Shown: one piece after another, positions 49,606 through 61,400 of the stretch
Numbering within the stretch: position 1 is the first letter of the stretch
How the letters are laid out: each line of letters begins with the position of its first letter
DNA from: Epiperipatus broadwayi
Taxonomy: Eukaryota; Animalia; Onychophora
DNA length: 64,000 nucleotides
Direction: 5' to 3'
NCBI GenBank assembly: GCA_028023455.1
Contig: JAQFVV010000003.1
Coordinates: 26,970,001 to 27,034,000 of the forward strand
Notes under the pieces: model-generated
Databases searched by the model: none
Told to the model about the DNA's origin: nothing
What the model saw: only the letters and a program-made list of their open reading frames with translations
Made by a program: the position numbers and the translations under genes

Positions 49606-51329
49606 TAATATTGAGAAGTAAAGCTATATTAATTATGTATATGATATCAAAGAATATTTTGAAAATATGTTTGCTTATGTAAATAAAGTTTTTTAAAAAA
49701 ACTTTTACAAAAAATATTACTTAAAATAGTGATACAATGATTACTTGATAAATTTTGAAAATTTATAATCTTGTTATATCATTGTTTCAGAAATAATTAA
49801 TATTCATTCTTTTTTTTTTTTTTTTTGCGAAATATTATTTAAAAAATGATAATACATTAGTCTTTGAATATTAAAAAATAAAAAGCAATAGGAAAGTCAG
49901 ACATTAATATTATCAATATTGAGATCAGAAGTTCATCCAACAAAGTAACAAAAACATCACTATTTATAAAACATAATAGCAACTAACCTTATAAACTTTA
50001 CAACGACTTCATTTTATACTCCATTTTTTTAACAACCATAAAAGAATAAAGTAATTGTTACTTTTTCTAATAATGCTGCACAAACATCAACGTAGAATAA
50101 AATTTAATATACAATGGCAGATAAATAATATACTGGCTAAAAAACAGTCAAAATAATCAACAGACAATTTAAATAAATAAATTTTGTCTCACAGTAAAAC
50201 AAGTTATTTAAATTCAATTTCTAATTTTATCATTCTAATATAAGGTTGAAAACATAAAAATATATTAGATAGTATAATTTTGGCATTTCCCACATACATA
50301 TATAGTCTGCTGAAGGATTTAAAAGTATTTTGGTATATCAGTCAGTGACTTCATACAAATCCAATTTATCCAAATCATGTTGAATACTTTCATACATAGA
50401 TTTAAACAAAATGGAATATCAAAAAGCACTTTTTATAGGTCACTTCAAATCTATGGATTTATACACTTACTAAAATTGTTAACTATGAATCAAATGGGAC
50501 AGTTTTTACTTAATAATCCATCAACTATGCAGGATTTTTAATATATTAAACCAATTTAAAAATTGATAAAACTATATATGAAGTTGATTTTTTCTAATAT
50601 GAGAAAATTTGAATGTGTATATCTGCTGAATATATATAGTGAATAAAGTACACATTGGGAATATGAAAATATTATAATAAATGTTTTAAAACCCTTTGCA
50701 TTACTAATGTAATCAAATATAATATAGATAAAAAAAACATCAATGCATTGTGAAAATATTACAAGATAATATTAATAAGTGCAATATAGAGAAAATTTTA
50801 AATCTATGTACTTGTAAATTTCTGTAATTGTGAACTATAAAAAACCAAAAACAATTGGATTTAACAGTGCTTTTTGGCAGCAAAAGTCATATGTATAATA
50901 TTTAATAATTCATGACTTAATCTACCAAAGATTAGATTTTATTTTACATACAATAAATAGTGAGAATAACCAATCATTTGCTTCAAATATATAACAATTA
51001 AACAACCTTAAATAGCTTTTCAAAGAGCAAAAGTCTCTTAAGCTTTTCTCAACAATAAATAATAAAAAAGAATCTATGACTATACTGATAGTTTGAGAGT
51101 TTTGGTGTTTTGTTTTATCATCTACTTAGCAACAAAAGATATCCATTTACGAACTATTTTTTAATAGTTTAGTTGTCTAAGGATTAAATATCTCAAAAAT
51201 TCTAAAAATTATTGGAAATCCACAATTACCAAAAAATTTCAAAATTCTGTTAAGATTGATTTCAAGTGATGTACACGATGAAACCTTTATATATATGAAT
51301 AAATTATAATATATGTATATACCATAGAT

Positions 51330-52512
51330 AATATGTAATAAAATAAATTCTGCAAGAATATGTAAATAATTATCAACTATTTCTGTAATAAATTTGGTAT
51401 AAAACAATATTTATTACTTTTCTAAGTCAGGCTTTTAATATGTTGATCTTTATCAAAGCACAACTAAAGTAAATATTAGCAATTACATTAGCATATCTGC
51501 ATGCCTATAAACATACATACATTAAACTAGTTTCTGATTACAATACATTTGTATATTTGCATGTGTAAATTGACTAAATGACCAGTGTTTGCTAAGAGAA
51601 TTGCTATTTGCTCTTATATTTATGGAGTTCTTAAAGTTAATTATGTGCCATGATTCTTTTACTTTTTGTTTTTTATTATTATTTTCTAAGTAAATAATTT
51701 TAGCATCAACAGGTTTAAAGAAATAATCAGATTTTTTCTCATGGTCTATAAATGCTGAGCTATAAGTATTGTGCATGTCTCTCCATAGTATCTGACATTG
51801 CAAAACTGGCAATCCAGAGTGTATACCAATTGAGCTTTATCATTATCATTAATCTTATCTTTGAAATTATTTTTACTGATAAGGGGCATTTATTTATTAA
51901 TAATTCCAAAGATAAGATCAATGATGATGATAAGGCTCAGTTGATATATGCCCTGATTGTCAGATTTGCAATGCCAGATACTATGGAGAGACATGTGTAA
52001 ACTTAAGAATCACTCAGCATGCTCAATTATATAACAGAACTAAATGCAACAGCATTTATAGTGTATTCATAGACCATGAGAAAAAATCTGGTTACTTCTT
52101 TAAATCTAATGATGCTAAACTTATTTGTCTAGAAAATAATAATAAAAAACAATAAATAAAAGAAGTATGGCCATAATTAACTTTAAGAAGTCCATAAATA
52201 TAAAAGCCAATAGAATTCCTCTTAGCAAGCACTGGTTGTTTAATCCAATGAAATAGTAACTACTAGGTCAATTTACACATGCAAATATGCAAACCTATTA
52301 TAACCAGTGACTACTAGTTAAATGGACATTTATACAAATTCAGATATGATAATGGGTAATGTATTTATTAATATTTATTTTAATTGTGCTTTGACAAAGA
52401 TATACCATATTGAAAGCTTGGCTTAGCAAAGTAATAAATATTGTTTTATACCAACATTTATCACTGTAATAGTTGATAATTATCTATATATTCTTGTAGA
52501 ATTTATTATATT
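51330..52512. mobile_element. Head-to-head palindrome of two Penelope-like GIY-YIG plus pLTR fragments
   Basis: Right arm reads DCQICNARYYGETCVNLRITQH...VFIDHEKKSGYFFKSNDAKLICLENNNKKQ*IKE...SKHW. Left arm (minus ORF 51522-51812) reads SAFIDHEKKSDYFFKPVDAKIIYLENNNKKQKVKESW...SKHW. Centre near 51895. Confidence 0.9.
52388..52427 (+). ncRNA. Minimal hammerhead-like motif, U3-A8 variant
   Basis: GCT TTGACAA A GATAT ACC ATATT GAAA GCTTGGCT T AGC; mirror copy at 51421-51459 (-). Confidence 0.62.
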
Positions 52513-52699
52513 AAAGTTGATGGCACTGTTGATGATAATATTTTTTTAAGCTTTGATTTTCATTGCAATTATAAATAATATTTTTCAGATCACTAAATAG
52601 TAGTGCATTTTTCTTCCATACCCTATAATCTAGTTTTGAATCACAATTCATAGGACTTGATTATTTTTTAGAATTGTAATAAAACTTAGCATTTTTTCT

Positions 52700-52980
52700 T
52701 CATATAATAATAAATCATCCATGCACTTTACTACTGTTACACAATGCTTTATTTACCACCCTTTTTTGCAGTTTATAATTTCAATTGCACCAGCAATCTT
52801 CTTCAGAACTTTTACATCTCCTAACTTCAACTGCACAGTTGAAGTTAGGAGATATAAATGTTCTGAAGAAGATTGCTGGTGCAATCGAAACTATAAACTG
52901 TAAAAAAGGGTGGTAAAGAAAGCATTGTGTAACAGTAGTAAAGTGCATAGGTGATTTAGTATTATATGATATACATTTGG
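52700..52980. repeat. Palindromic mini-element with two hammerheads (family D)
   Basis: Arms meet at CTTCAACTG-CA-CAGTTGAAG; motifs at 52770-52810 (-) and 52860-52898 (+). Confidence 0.88.
52860..52898 (+). ncRNA. Minimal hammerhead motif, canonical core (family D)
   Basis: GTT CTGAAGA A GATTGC TGGT GCAATC GAAA CTAT A AAC. Confidence 0.75.
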
Positions 52981-53257
52981 TAATGCTGTAAGAAAGATTA
53001 GTCATTTTTTCATCAAGTAGATAATTCATAATACAGTTAGCTAAATGTACAATATTGAATGATAAATAAATTCTAGCCATATTTAGACAGGAGATAAAAG
53101 AAGCCTGAAAAGCAGGAAAACTCTCCCCACTTGGTGATATGAAAGACTTGTAATACTGTCTTCTTCACCATTTCTTAATGAGAGGTTGTTAACAGTTTTA
53201 TCTATCTTTTACTTATACAACAACAACAAAAGATTTAGACATTCATTATTATAATAC

Positions 53258-53461
53258 CTGTTACATGAGGGATCATAAACTTCCACAGAGTTAAGAATAT
53301 CTACTACATCTCCAAAATGACTACCATCTCCAATTCCACCTGCTACAATCAGTTTATCTTGAAGTCCTGAAATAGCAGCTCCCACTCTGGCTACCTGCAT
53401 GGGTTGGCAGTGCATCCATTCATTTTTAATTGGATTATAGCTTTCAACAGATGCCAAAACT
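53258..53461 (-). CDS. Internal coding exon of a kelch-repeat (scruin-like) gene
   Basis: Acceptor tttttatctgatag|A and donor AG|gtatta; 204 nt, phase 2 to phase 2. Encodes (R)VLASVESYNPIKNEWMHCQPMQVARVGAAISGLQDKLIVAGGIGDGSHFGDVVDILNSVEVYDPSCN(R), with kelch GG, YDP and W motifs. Upstream exons were not found in the window. Confidence 0.95.
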
Positions 53462-53994
53462 CTATCAGATAAAAACACAAATGTAACAATTTATTAAAAA
53501 AATAAAACAGTAACATGATTATATAAGCAACCAAACATTTATATATTTTATTTAAAATATTATTAATATAAGATTGTAAATTATTTTTTAGATTTTTATG
53601 AGTAACTTTTTTAATCTCAATTTTACTGTGTTACAAGTAGTATATCTTCCCTCTCTATGCATAGATTTTTTCAAATAATATTTGCTTTTCAGGTGAGGTA
53701 GGAAATTCATACACCTAAATCTCCAACGCTCATGTTGACAGCTCGATGCTTTTCATCACTTCAAAAAATTGAAGAGATTTATATTTGTGTTTTTTCCAAC
53801 GCACAATTCATAAAATAAGATTGTTATTATTAATAATAATGATTAAATATATACTTTATAAAATAAACATTTTATTTATTAGCATTCATTCATAAACAAG
53901 TATAGCTATTCCAAATCTTAAAAGAATAAAAACAGAAGTTAAAAAGACAAAAATAAAAGCAAAGTTAAATATTAGTTTTGTGAAACTACAATAT

Positions 53995-54212
53995 GATATT
54001 TTTATGTTGGACTATTTCCATCATCTAATATGTGTATTGAATGTCTTTAGAAAAATTTAATTTTATTTAACTATTCCAAATACATTCATACTAACTTGTT
54101 TGATGTGCTATTACTAACAGTTGAATGTATTTGGAATATTTAAATAAAGTTAAATTTTTCTAAATACATTTAATACTCAATATTAGATGATGTAAATAGT
54201 CCAACATAAAAA
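53995..54212. repeat. MITE-like inverted repeat
   Basis: TTTTTATGTTGGACTATTT...AAATAGTCCAACATAAAAA arms of about 90 bp. Confidence 0.7.
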
Positions 54213-54269
54213 TACAACTAGAACACCATCATCACAAACTTTCAGGAATACAATAAGATATTTATGTCT

Positions 54270-54490
54270 AGCTAGGTTGGCCACATTGCTAGAAAAGATT
54301 ATAATAGATTAATAGTTGAAGTCTTAAGCTGGAGTCAAAGAGATTGTAAAAAACTTAGAGAAAGACCATATATGAGTTGGATGAAATAAAGAAATTTACT
54401 GGTGTGCCATGAAAAAGAGCGGATAGAGATTAGAAAACTCACAATGGACTGATAATATTTGAAAATGATAATCATAATGATGTATGATGT
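54270..54490 (+). mobile_element. RTE-clade LINE 3' fragment
   Basis: VGHIARKDYNRLIVEVLSWSQRDCKKLRERPYMSWM...QWTD followed by a degenerate (GAT)n tail. Confidence 0.8.
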
Positions 54491-55159
54491 AAGATATTGC
54501 TGACTAATTGTTTTTGCAGCAACTTTTCTTAATTTTAAATCTCATTTGTATATTTTTAATAAAAGCAACTGACATTATGTTTCTTTAGAATGGTCTTAAT
54601 ATAAATTTATACAACAAATAAGGTCTGCCTTTCTTGCATTTAACATCGATACTCATATTAATAATAAAATATGTTTTGAAATAATCTATCATCCATTTGC
54701 TTCCCTTGCCTTAATCCAATAAAATATTCTTTTATGGTAACACTATCAATAATTAGTAAATTAAAAAACTTTCCAATTACTATTATGATCTTACCATTAT
54801 ATTCTTAGAATTTTTATGAAGTCTCCTTAAATGCTATTTTCCCAAAGGCTTTACATTAAGTCTATAAGGATATATGTCTTATTTTTATATAATGCATTTG
54901 TTACAACACTCCTATATACACAATTAATTTAGTAGAAGTTAAATCACTATGATGAAATATACTATCTATTAACTTGTTAGATAGAGACCAACACACTGAA
55001 ATCAATATTACACCTCAGTATCTAAGACAACTTGAAAAGCAGCTATCAAAATATTTAAATTAATTCATTCAAGATAATAACTATTATAACTTTATCTTTC
55101 TTATTGCATTGCCAAGTCCATAATAATATTAATATCATCTATATTCTTTATTATTTTAT

Positions 55160-55325
55160 ACAATGCTTTTTTACAATCCAGATAGTTTCATTTGCTCCAG
55201 CAATCTTTTTCAGAACTATAACAAACCCAATACAAATACACATGAACATATAATTTTACATTTTATATTCTGAAGAAGATTGTTGGGGCAATTGAAATTA
55301 TCTGGATTGTAAAAAGCATTGTATA
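55160..55325. repeat. Diverged family D-like inverted pair
   Basis: Motifs at 55181-55216 (-) and 55268-55302 (+) share the GATTGC/GCAATY stem. Confidence 0.7.
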
Positions 55326-58249
55326 AAGTAATTAAAAATATAGACGATAATAACTATTGTTGGCTTTATGATTTTAACAATGATACTAAACCAAAGTCTA
55401 TATAAGTTGCATTCAAAATATTACCAATATTTATATTCTATAGATCAACTTTTGGTTAGCAAAAATAGTGTAATCATCAGTATATTGTAAACCTCAAATC
55501 CCAAAAAATATGCTTAGATTAAAGACTTAATAATGATTCCAACACAACTGAAATAAAATAACTGTATAAAAATAAATATTTTCTTTATTACTGAACCAGT
55601 TTTTGCCCTATATTAGGGCCTTTTCAAAATACACTTTTCTAATACAATCACATGACTCTGTTATCAAATTTATATTATATCTTGAAACTTGCTTCATAAT
55701 ATCATCTTTCAACTATTTCAAGAAACAATTATAAAAATGGGGGTAATGCAGATGTTAAAGCAACAGTTTTCTTTTTAAATATCTCACATTTATCTATAAT
55801 AATAAAATGTTTTTTCATATACTACCATATAGTAGTAGCCAAACAGATAATTTCAAACATTGCCTTAAATCTTTTCAATTAATAGAATAAAATGCTTTGA
55901 TCAAATCAACAAATTGCATCTTTGTCTAAAATATTTTTCAGTACTTGTGAGTTTTCAAGTAAACCAAGATGATACCTCAAATTTTTGATAGATGTACAGT
56001 TTCAAGGACCTATAATCTATTGAAGATGTGTTAGTTATTAAATTAAAATAAAATTAATAAATTGATTGTTAAATTTAAAAAAGGAATAAATTCTGATAAA
56101 CTTTATTAAGAAGCTTTATTTCAATTTTTTGACTTATAATGTGGGAAGTGACAAGAAGCTCTTAACATTGTCATACTTTGGTTCATTTCTTTTTGTCAAC
56201 AGTTTTTTTAGTAAATTTTCATAATAATAAAAATTTGGAACCTTTCTATCACAGAACTTTATTCAATAGACTATTTCCAAAGGTACAGGATCCTTCCCTT
56301 TTGAAAAATACGCATTAATAGTCATGATATGATTGCATGTCGCTGACATAAATAAACTGTAAATATTCTATTTATATATATTTTTTCATTTTTCTGTTAA
56401 TAAGTTAATCCAAAAAGAAAATAAACTGTAAATATTGTAATTAATTTTTCTACAATGATTTCTGTTTTTAAAATAACAATAATAAAAAATAAAATGTAAT
56501 TATTAAATACATTTCCTACCAGGCATTTTTTTTTTTGGAAATATTTGGGGATGGTGGGATGAAACTGTAGATTTATCAAAAATACAGCCTGCCATCTTGC
56601 TTTACTTGTAAACTCACAAGTATCTTTCTAATAATCAATCATTCATGATCAGAAGCAACATATTCATTAAAATCCATGGAATTTCTTTTATTTTATTGAA
56701 TAAAAATGTTATGCCATGATAATTATGTTTATAATCAATACCCTTAAGATTAAATAGAACAACTCTGTATTCCTAAAAAAAATATTTTAAATTATTTTCC
56801 CAAAAATCTCTTTAAGTTCTAACTTTCAGCCTTTCCATGCATAAGATTATAAAAAGAATATAACTTCATTAAGATGAATTGTTCAATTGTAAGTGAACAA
56901 ATAAGGTGGTTATATAAATTATTGTATCATTATTTAAAAGATGAACAAAATGTTGGCTTCCATTTGTTCAAAATATCATATTATGAAAAGAGCCACAAAA
57001 TTTCATTTTTCAGATTCATGTATTACTTTCAATACATCAAAAAAAAATCTGATCACAATTAGAAAATGATTCTATCTCTCTTGAAGTTTTAATTCATAAG
57101 TTCTTCTTATTTCTATCAGGAAACTTCTGCCATTAAATGCCTTATATTTATAAAAATCCATATTTAATATGTAGTAGGTTTGATGTTCAATGAAATGGAT
57201 GGTTGAAGAGTTGTGGGGTGGAGTGTTTTGAAGCCTGTCCTTTAAAGTATGAATATTGGCTATCTTAATGTAAGCTGAGCTTTGATTGTATATATGTGTG
57301 GAGATGATAATTTGGATCAACTGATGAGTGCTGGTTTAGCACAAAATTTATATATTGGTGATTATTTATCTTTTCAACAAGTGTGTAATCAAGTTTATCA
57401 GCAGTATAAGATAGCATGGATAGTTGAAGGTCATGTGAAAGTCTGAGTTCAAACCCTCTATACATTACATTTAGAAGTGCAGGTATGAAAAAACCTATAC
57501 TGTAAAAAAATTAATATTTCAAAAGTGCATATTATTCTGAAAACAGAAAATGTGATATGTTTTCATTTAAGTTACTAATAATATAATCATTGCTTGAAAA
57601 TCACTCATATGTTTATAAAACACTTCTTAAGAGAATTTTAAAAGTTTAGAATTATCCTACAATAGAAGTGTTTAACAGCTGATATAATAATTACTTTAAA
57701 AAATACATTTGGGATAGAACCTTTTTTTTTTTCAAGTAATTTTGATTTTAATCTTGCAGTGTATTAATTTATGATCAGTCCACCAATTTACCTCTCTGAG
57801 TACTTTTGTAAGATTTGCTTCTTTTATATTAAGACTCCTAACTATAATATAATTCATAGGATGTCATTATTTTGACTGTGCATCCAAGTTTCTTACAATG
57901 ATTTATCTGCCTTAGTGAAGTATATGTGAAGTTATGCTTTCAATGACAGCAGACTATTTTGAGTTAAAAAACCCAATACTATTATTTCAAATAACTCAGG
58001 CTAAAGTTTAATTATCATATGTATTGATGTTTCCACAATGGAAAAAAAAGTATTTTAATGATATTGTTACAATAACACTATTCAACTAGAAATGAAAGAT
58101 TTCTTACTCTGAATTTCCTGATTCTAATATTAAACATAAAACATTGATAAATTGTTCACATGTAATAGCACACAAAATAATTTTAACAGCATTCGTTTAT
58201 CATTATTAATGAATTCCAAAAGTAGAAAATGCCAAGAAGAGATGTCATG

Positions 58250-58442
58250 GTAAATCCAGCACTACATAGACTTCTTCTATTTGAAAATTTGCCATCCTAA
58301 AATTTGTAACCGTTTATCTCTTTATTTTTTTTTCTGGAAGATGAGTTTCATTAAAAGATGTTATATCAATATTAAATTCTTCACAGATCCTTAATTACAA
58401 ATGCTATCTTCTTTTCAAGCCATAAAGCAAAGTTTATACATT
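58250..58442 (-). mobile_element. AP-endonuclease N-terminal remnant of an RTE/CR1-like LINE
   Basis: NV*TLLYGLKRR...EEFNIDITSFNETHLPE and INGYKF...SAGF resemble APE subdomains I-III. Confidence 0.6.
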
Positions 58443-61400
58443 CTATTTACCTATATTAAAAAAATATTTATCTTTATTACTGCCATACTACTTTATTGAT
58501 ATCATTGCCTTTTACGATAAAACAATTATTTCTTATTAAAGAAAAATTCACTAGGTATTGAAACGTCAAATAACAAAGCATTAAAAAAACCATATCTATG
58601 GTTTCTGCATTTGTGGCATCAGGAAAATTCTTAAATACGATTGTCCTAATAAAACAAGCAAAACTCTCCATACAGTAGTGTCACTCAGTGCAAGGCATAG
58701 TAATCAATGGATGCCAGAAGATTTGTGCATAAAATCCCTACCTAATGCCTACTCATCCAATATCCCCAGACTAGTTTGTGGCTTTCATCAGTGAAGAGGC
58801 TTAGATCTGCGAGCACTGCATGTAGATCTTAGGATCTAATGCAACCCTCTAGCAGCCACATTTTATCTCTACTTAACTACAAAACTATAAGTTTAAAATT
58901 GAAAACATATTTTCAATCTAAGTTCAGTATCTTGTATAGTCATATAGGTCTGAACTCAGTTCAGTATCCATATAGTTTAATGTCTTTTGTTCTTTAATAA
59001 TCATGCACTGAGTGATGCTACTGTATGGAGAGTTTTGCCAGTTTTAAAAACAGTTGAGCAAGTGTAAGAAATGATGATCAAGTGATGTTTGTGATTGTCC
59101 AAATAGAAAATCATTTTGCCAAGAGAAACTATTGTCCCAAATATAACTCCTAGTACTTTTTCAACATCAAGGATTTTGTTGACTTTGCACAAGATCACAA
59201 TTAAGAACTACCAGTCAATAATCTATGTAAATGTTTTTTTTTCTGGATTATTGTCCTTCAAACTGTCATTTTATCTTGATAATCATTGATCCAGATGCAA
59301 CATTTTGCCATATGGATATTTTTTTAAATAATTGACTGGTCTTTGCTCTTTCTTTGGATTAAGTGAAAACTTAGTAATACTGTTATTGAAAGTAATGTTT
59401 TATCAATAACATCAATATGTACTTACTTTTGAGATCTAGCTCATGTGCATTAATTCTACCTATTATTCTTGTTTATTGTATCTTGCCACTATTATTGACT
59501 TTTCTGTTGCAATAAAGAAGATAGTGAATTTGAAATTATGCCAAAATTTGCCAAGATTTATGTATCACATTGTATATACTGTAACGGTTGGATTTGTGTG
59601 CTTCGTTAACATAGTGCAGAATTCGACCACCACACTGAAAAGCAGTGCCATAGGTAGCAACGCTACCAGCAGTACTGAGTTTGAACATGGTTTATCGGTT
59701 TATAAATTCACACTATGAAACAACGCATCTGATGCCACATTAGTAAACATTTCTTTAGGCACGAGAATCAGGGAGATGTGAGAGACTTAAGACTTTATTT
59801 TCGAGTTAGCTATATATAATATTAATATTAGACATTTATATTTTAAATAGTTGAGGAGATATTATACTGAAGGTATGTTGAATAAATAAATAAATGATGG
59901 CAGACGTATGGTTTGAAATTATTTAATTAGAATATTTCATACTAAATCATTTAATTAAAAACATTTGATTATATTATACTTTCAGTAGTGGTATTACTCC
60001 GATACTGTTATATTTTCAAAGACATACAATTATTTGGCTGATGTAATTTAGCTACCTGAATTCTTGAGCAATATTTCAGAATCATGCCTTTGGGGATTTA
60101 ATAGCTTTGCAATGCACGAATCTAAATTAGGAGCTGCGGACATATATTTTATTTAATTAAATAAGATTTTTATAAGTGATTATGGGAAGACATTTGTTTG
60201 AGAGTGAATTATGTCATTAATGCAGAGAAGGATTCATACAGGGAATAATAAAATTAATAATAAAGAAACACTTGGTACGTTTAGAACTGTGATGTGAGTG
60301 TGGCAGTATATTAAAACTGCCAAGCCAATAGATGAATTTGAAACAACAGGTTGGTGTTTGTCATAGGCCCGAAGGTAAGAGGCTCACATAAGCATCATCA
60401 GGTGCAAAGGGTTTGTGCCACAATTACTACCTGACTGCGTGATGGGCGTCAAACCCTACGAGAACATTTATTATGTCCCCTTGTGTAGGATGACTAGGAT
60501 TCAGTAAAAACTGTATGATCCAGAGTATCCAAGGCTCGAAGATGGATTATCGCATCTCTAAACTGTAACACATGTATAACTAATATAATATGTTGTTAGG
60601 ATTTAATATAAAATTTATGAATCAGTCCCACATTACCAACATTTAATAAATAACATATTTTGGCTCTCAAAGAAATGTACTTAATAGGTTTAACGAATAA
60701 TTATAAATTAGGGTGGTTACTCTAAGAACTAATATGTCCACCACTTGTCATGTAGTAGACTCCCACTTTACAATAAGTGAAGCAATGAATGCATGCCGAT
60801 TAACATGAAAATAACTGGAACAAAATAATCTAATATAAGTAAATGTTAATCATAGAATTTACTGGACATGCATCCACTATTTCATGTAATAATGTATTTA
60901 TTTATTAAGTAATTTATGGTAATTTCCAAGCTCACCAGCCAACAGAAGTATATAAACGAATTTTAAGATTTGGTTGTCGCACAAGATGGCAACCATTTTA
61001 ATTAGAATTGATAATTAAAATTTGGCGAGGCCCGGTCAGAAATCTTATCGGCATGATATTATTAAATAATAAAATGTAAAAGTAGAAATACGTACCCAAG
61101 AGATAGACAGAGTTAGGCAAGCTAGATTATTAAAAGAAATTACAGAATAGATTTACATAATAAATTAATAATTAAATTTTATAACTGTACAATTTATATA
61201 GAGTGAGCTATAGCTTGACTAATATTTAGAGTACTCTAGATGGCCTTGGGTACAGGTACCTGTTTTATAAGAAGCTTTCAGATTTCATGGTCAGTATCAG
61301 ATTGTTCATGAGTTCAAACAGTAGCAGTTCTTTCCAGCACTCCGGTTATTTATTCATTTCAGTAGCAGCAGCAGCTTTCTGATTGTTTGGGCAGCAGATC

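Noticed and set aside
59443-59718. 91-aa ORF with a faint hAT dimerisation-like TSSTEFEHGLS
   Set aside because: The similarity is too weak and no other transposase motifs are nearby.
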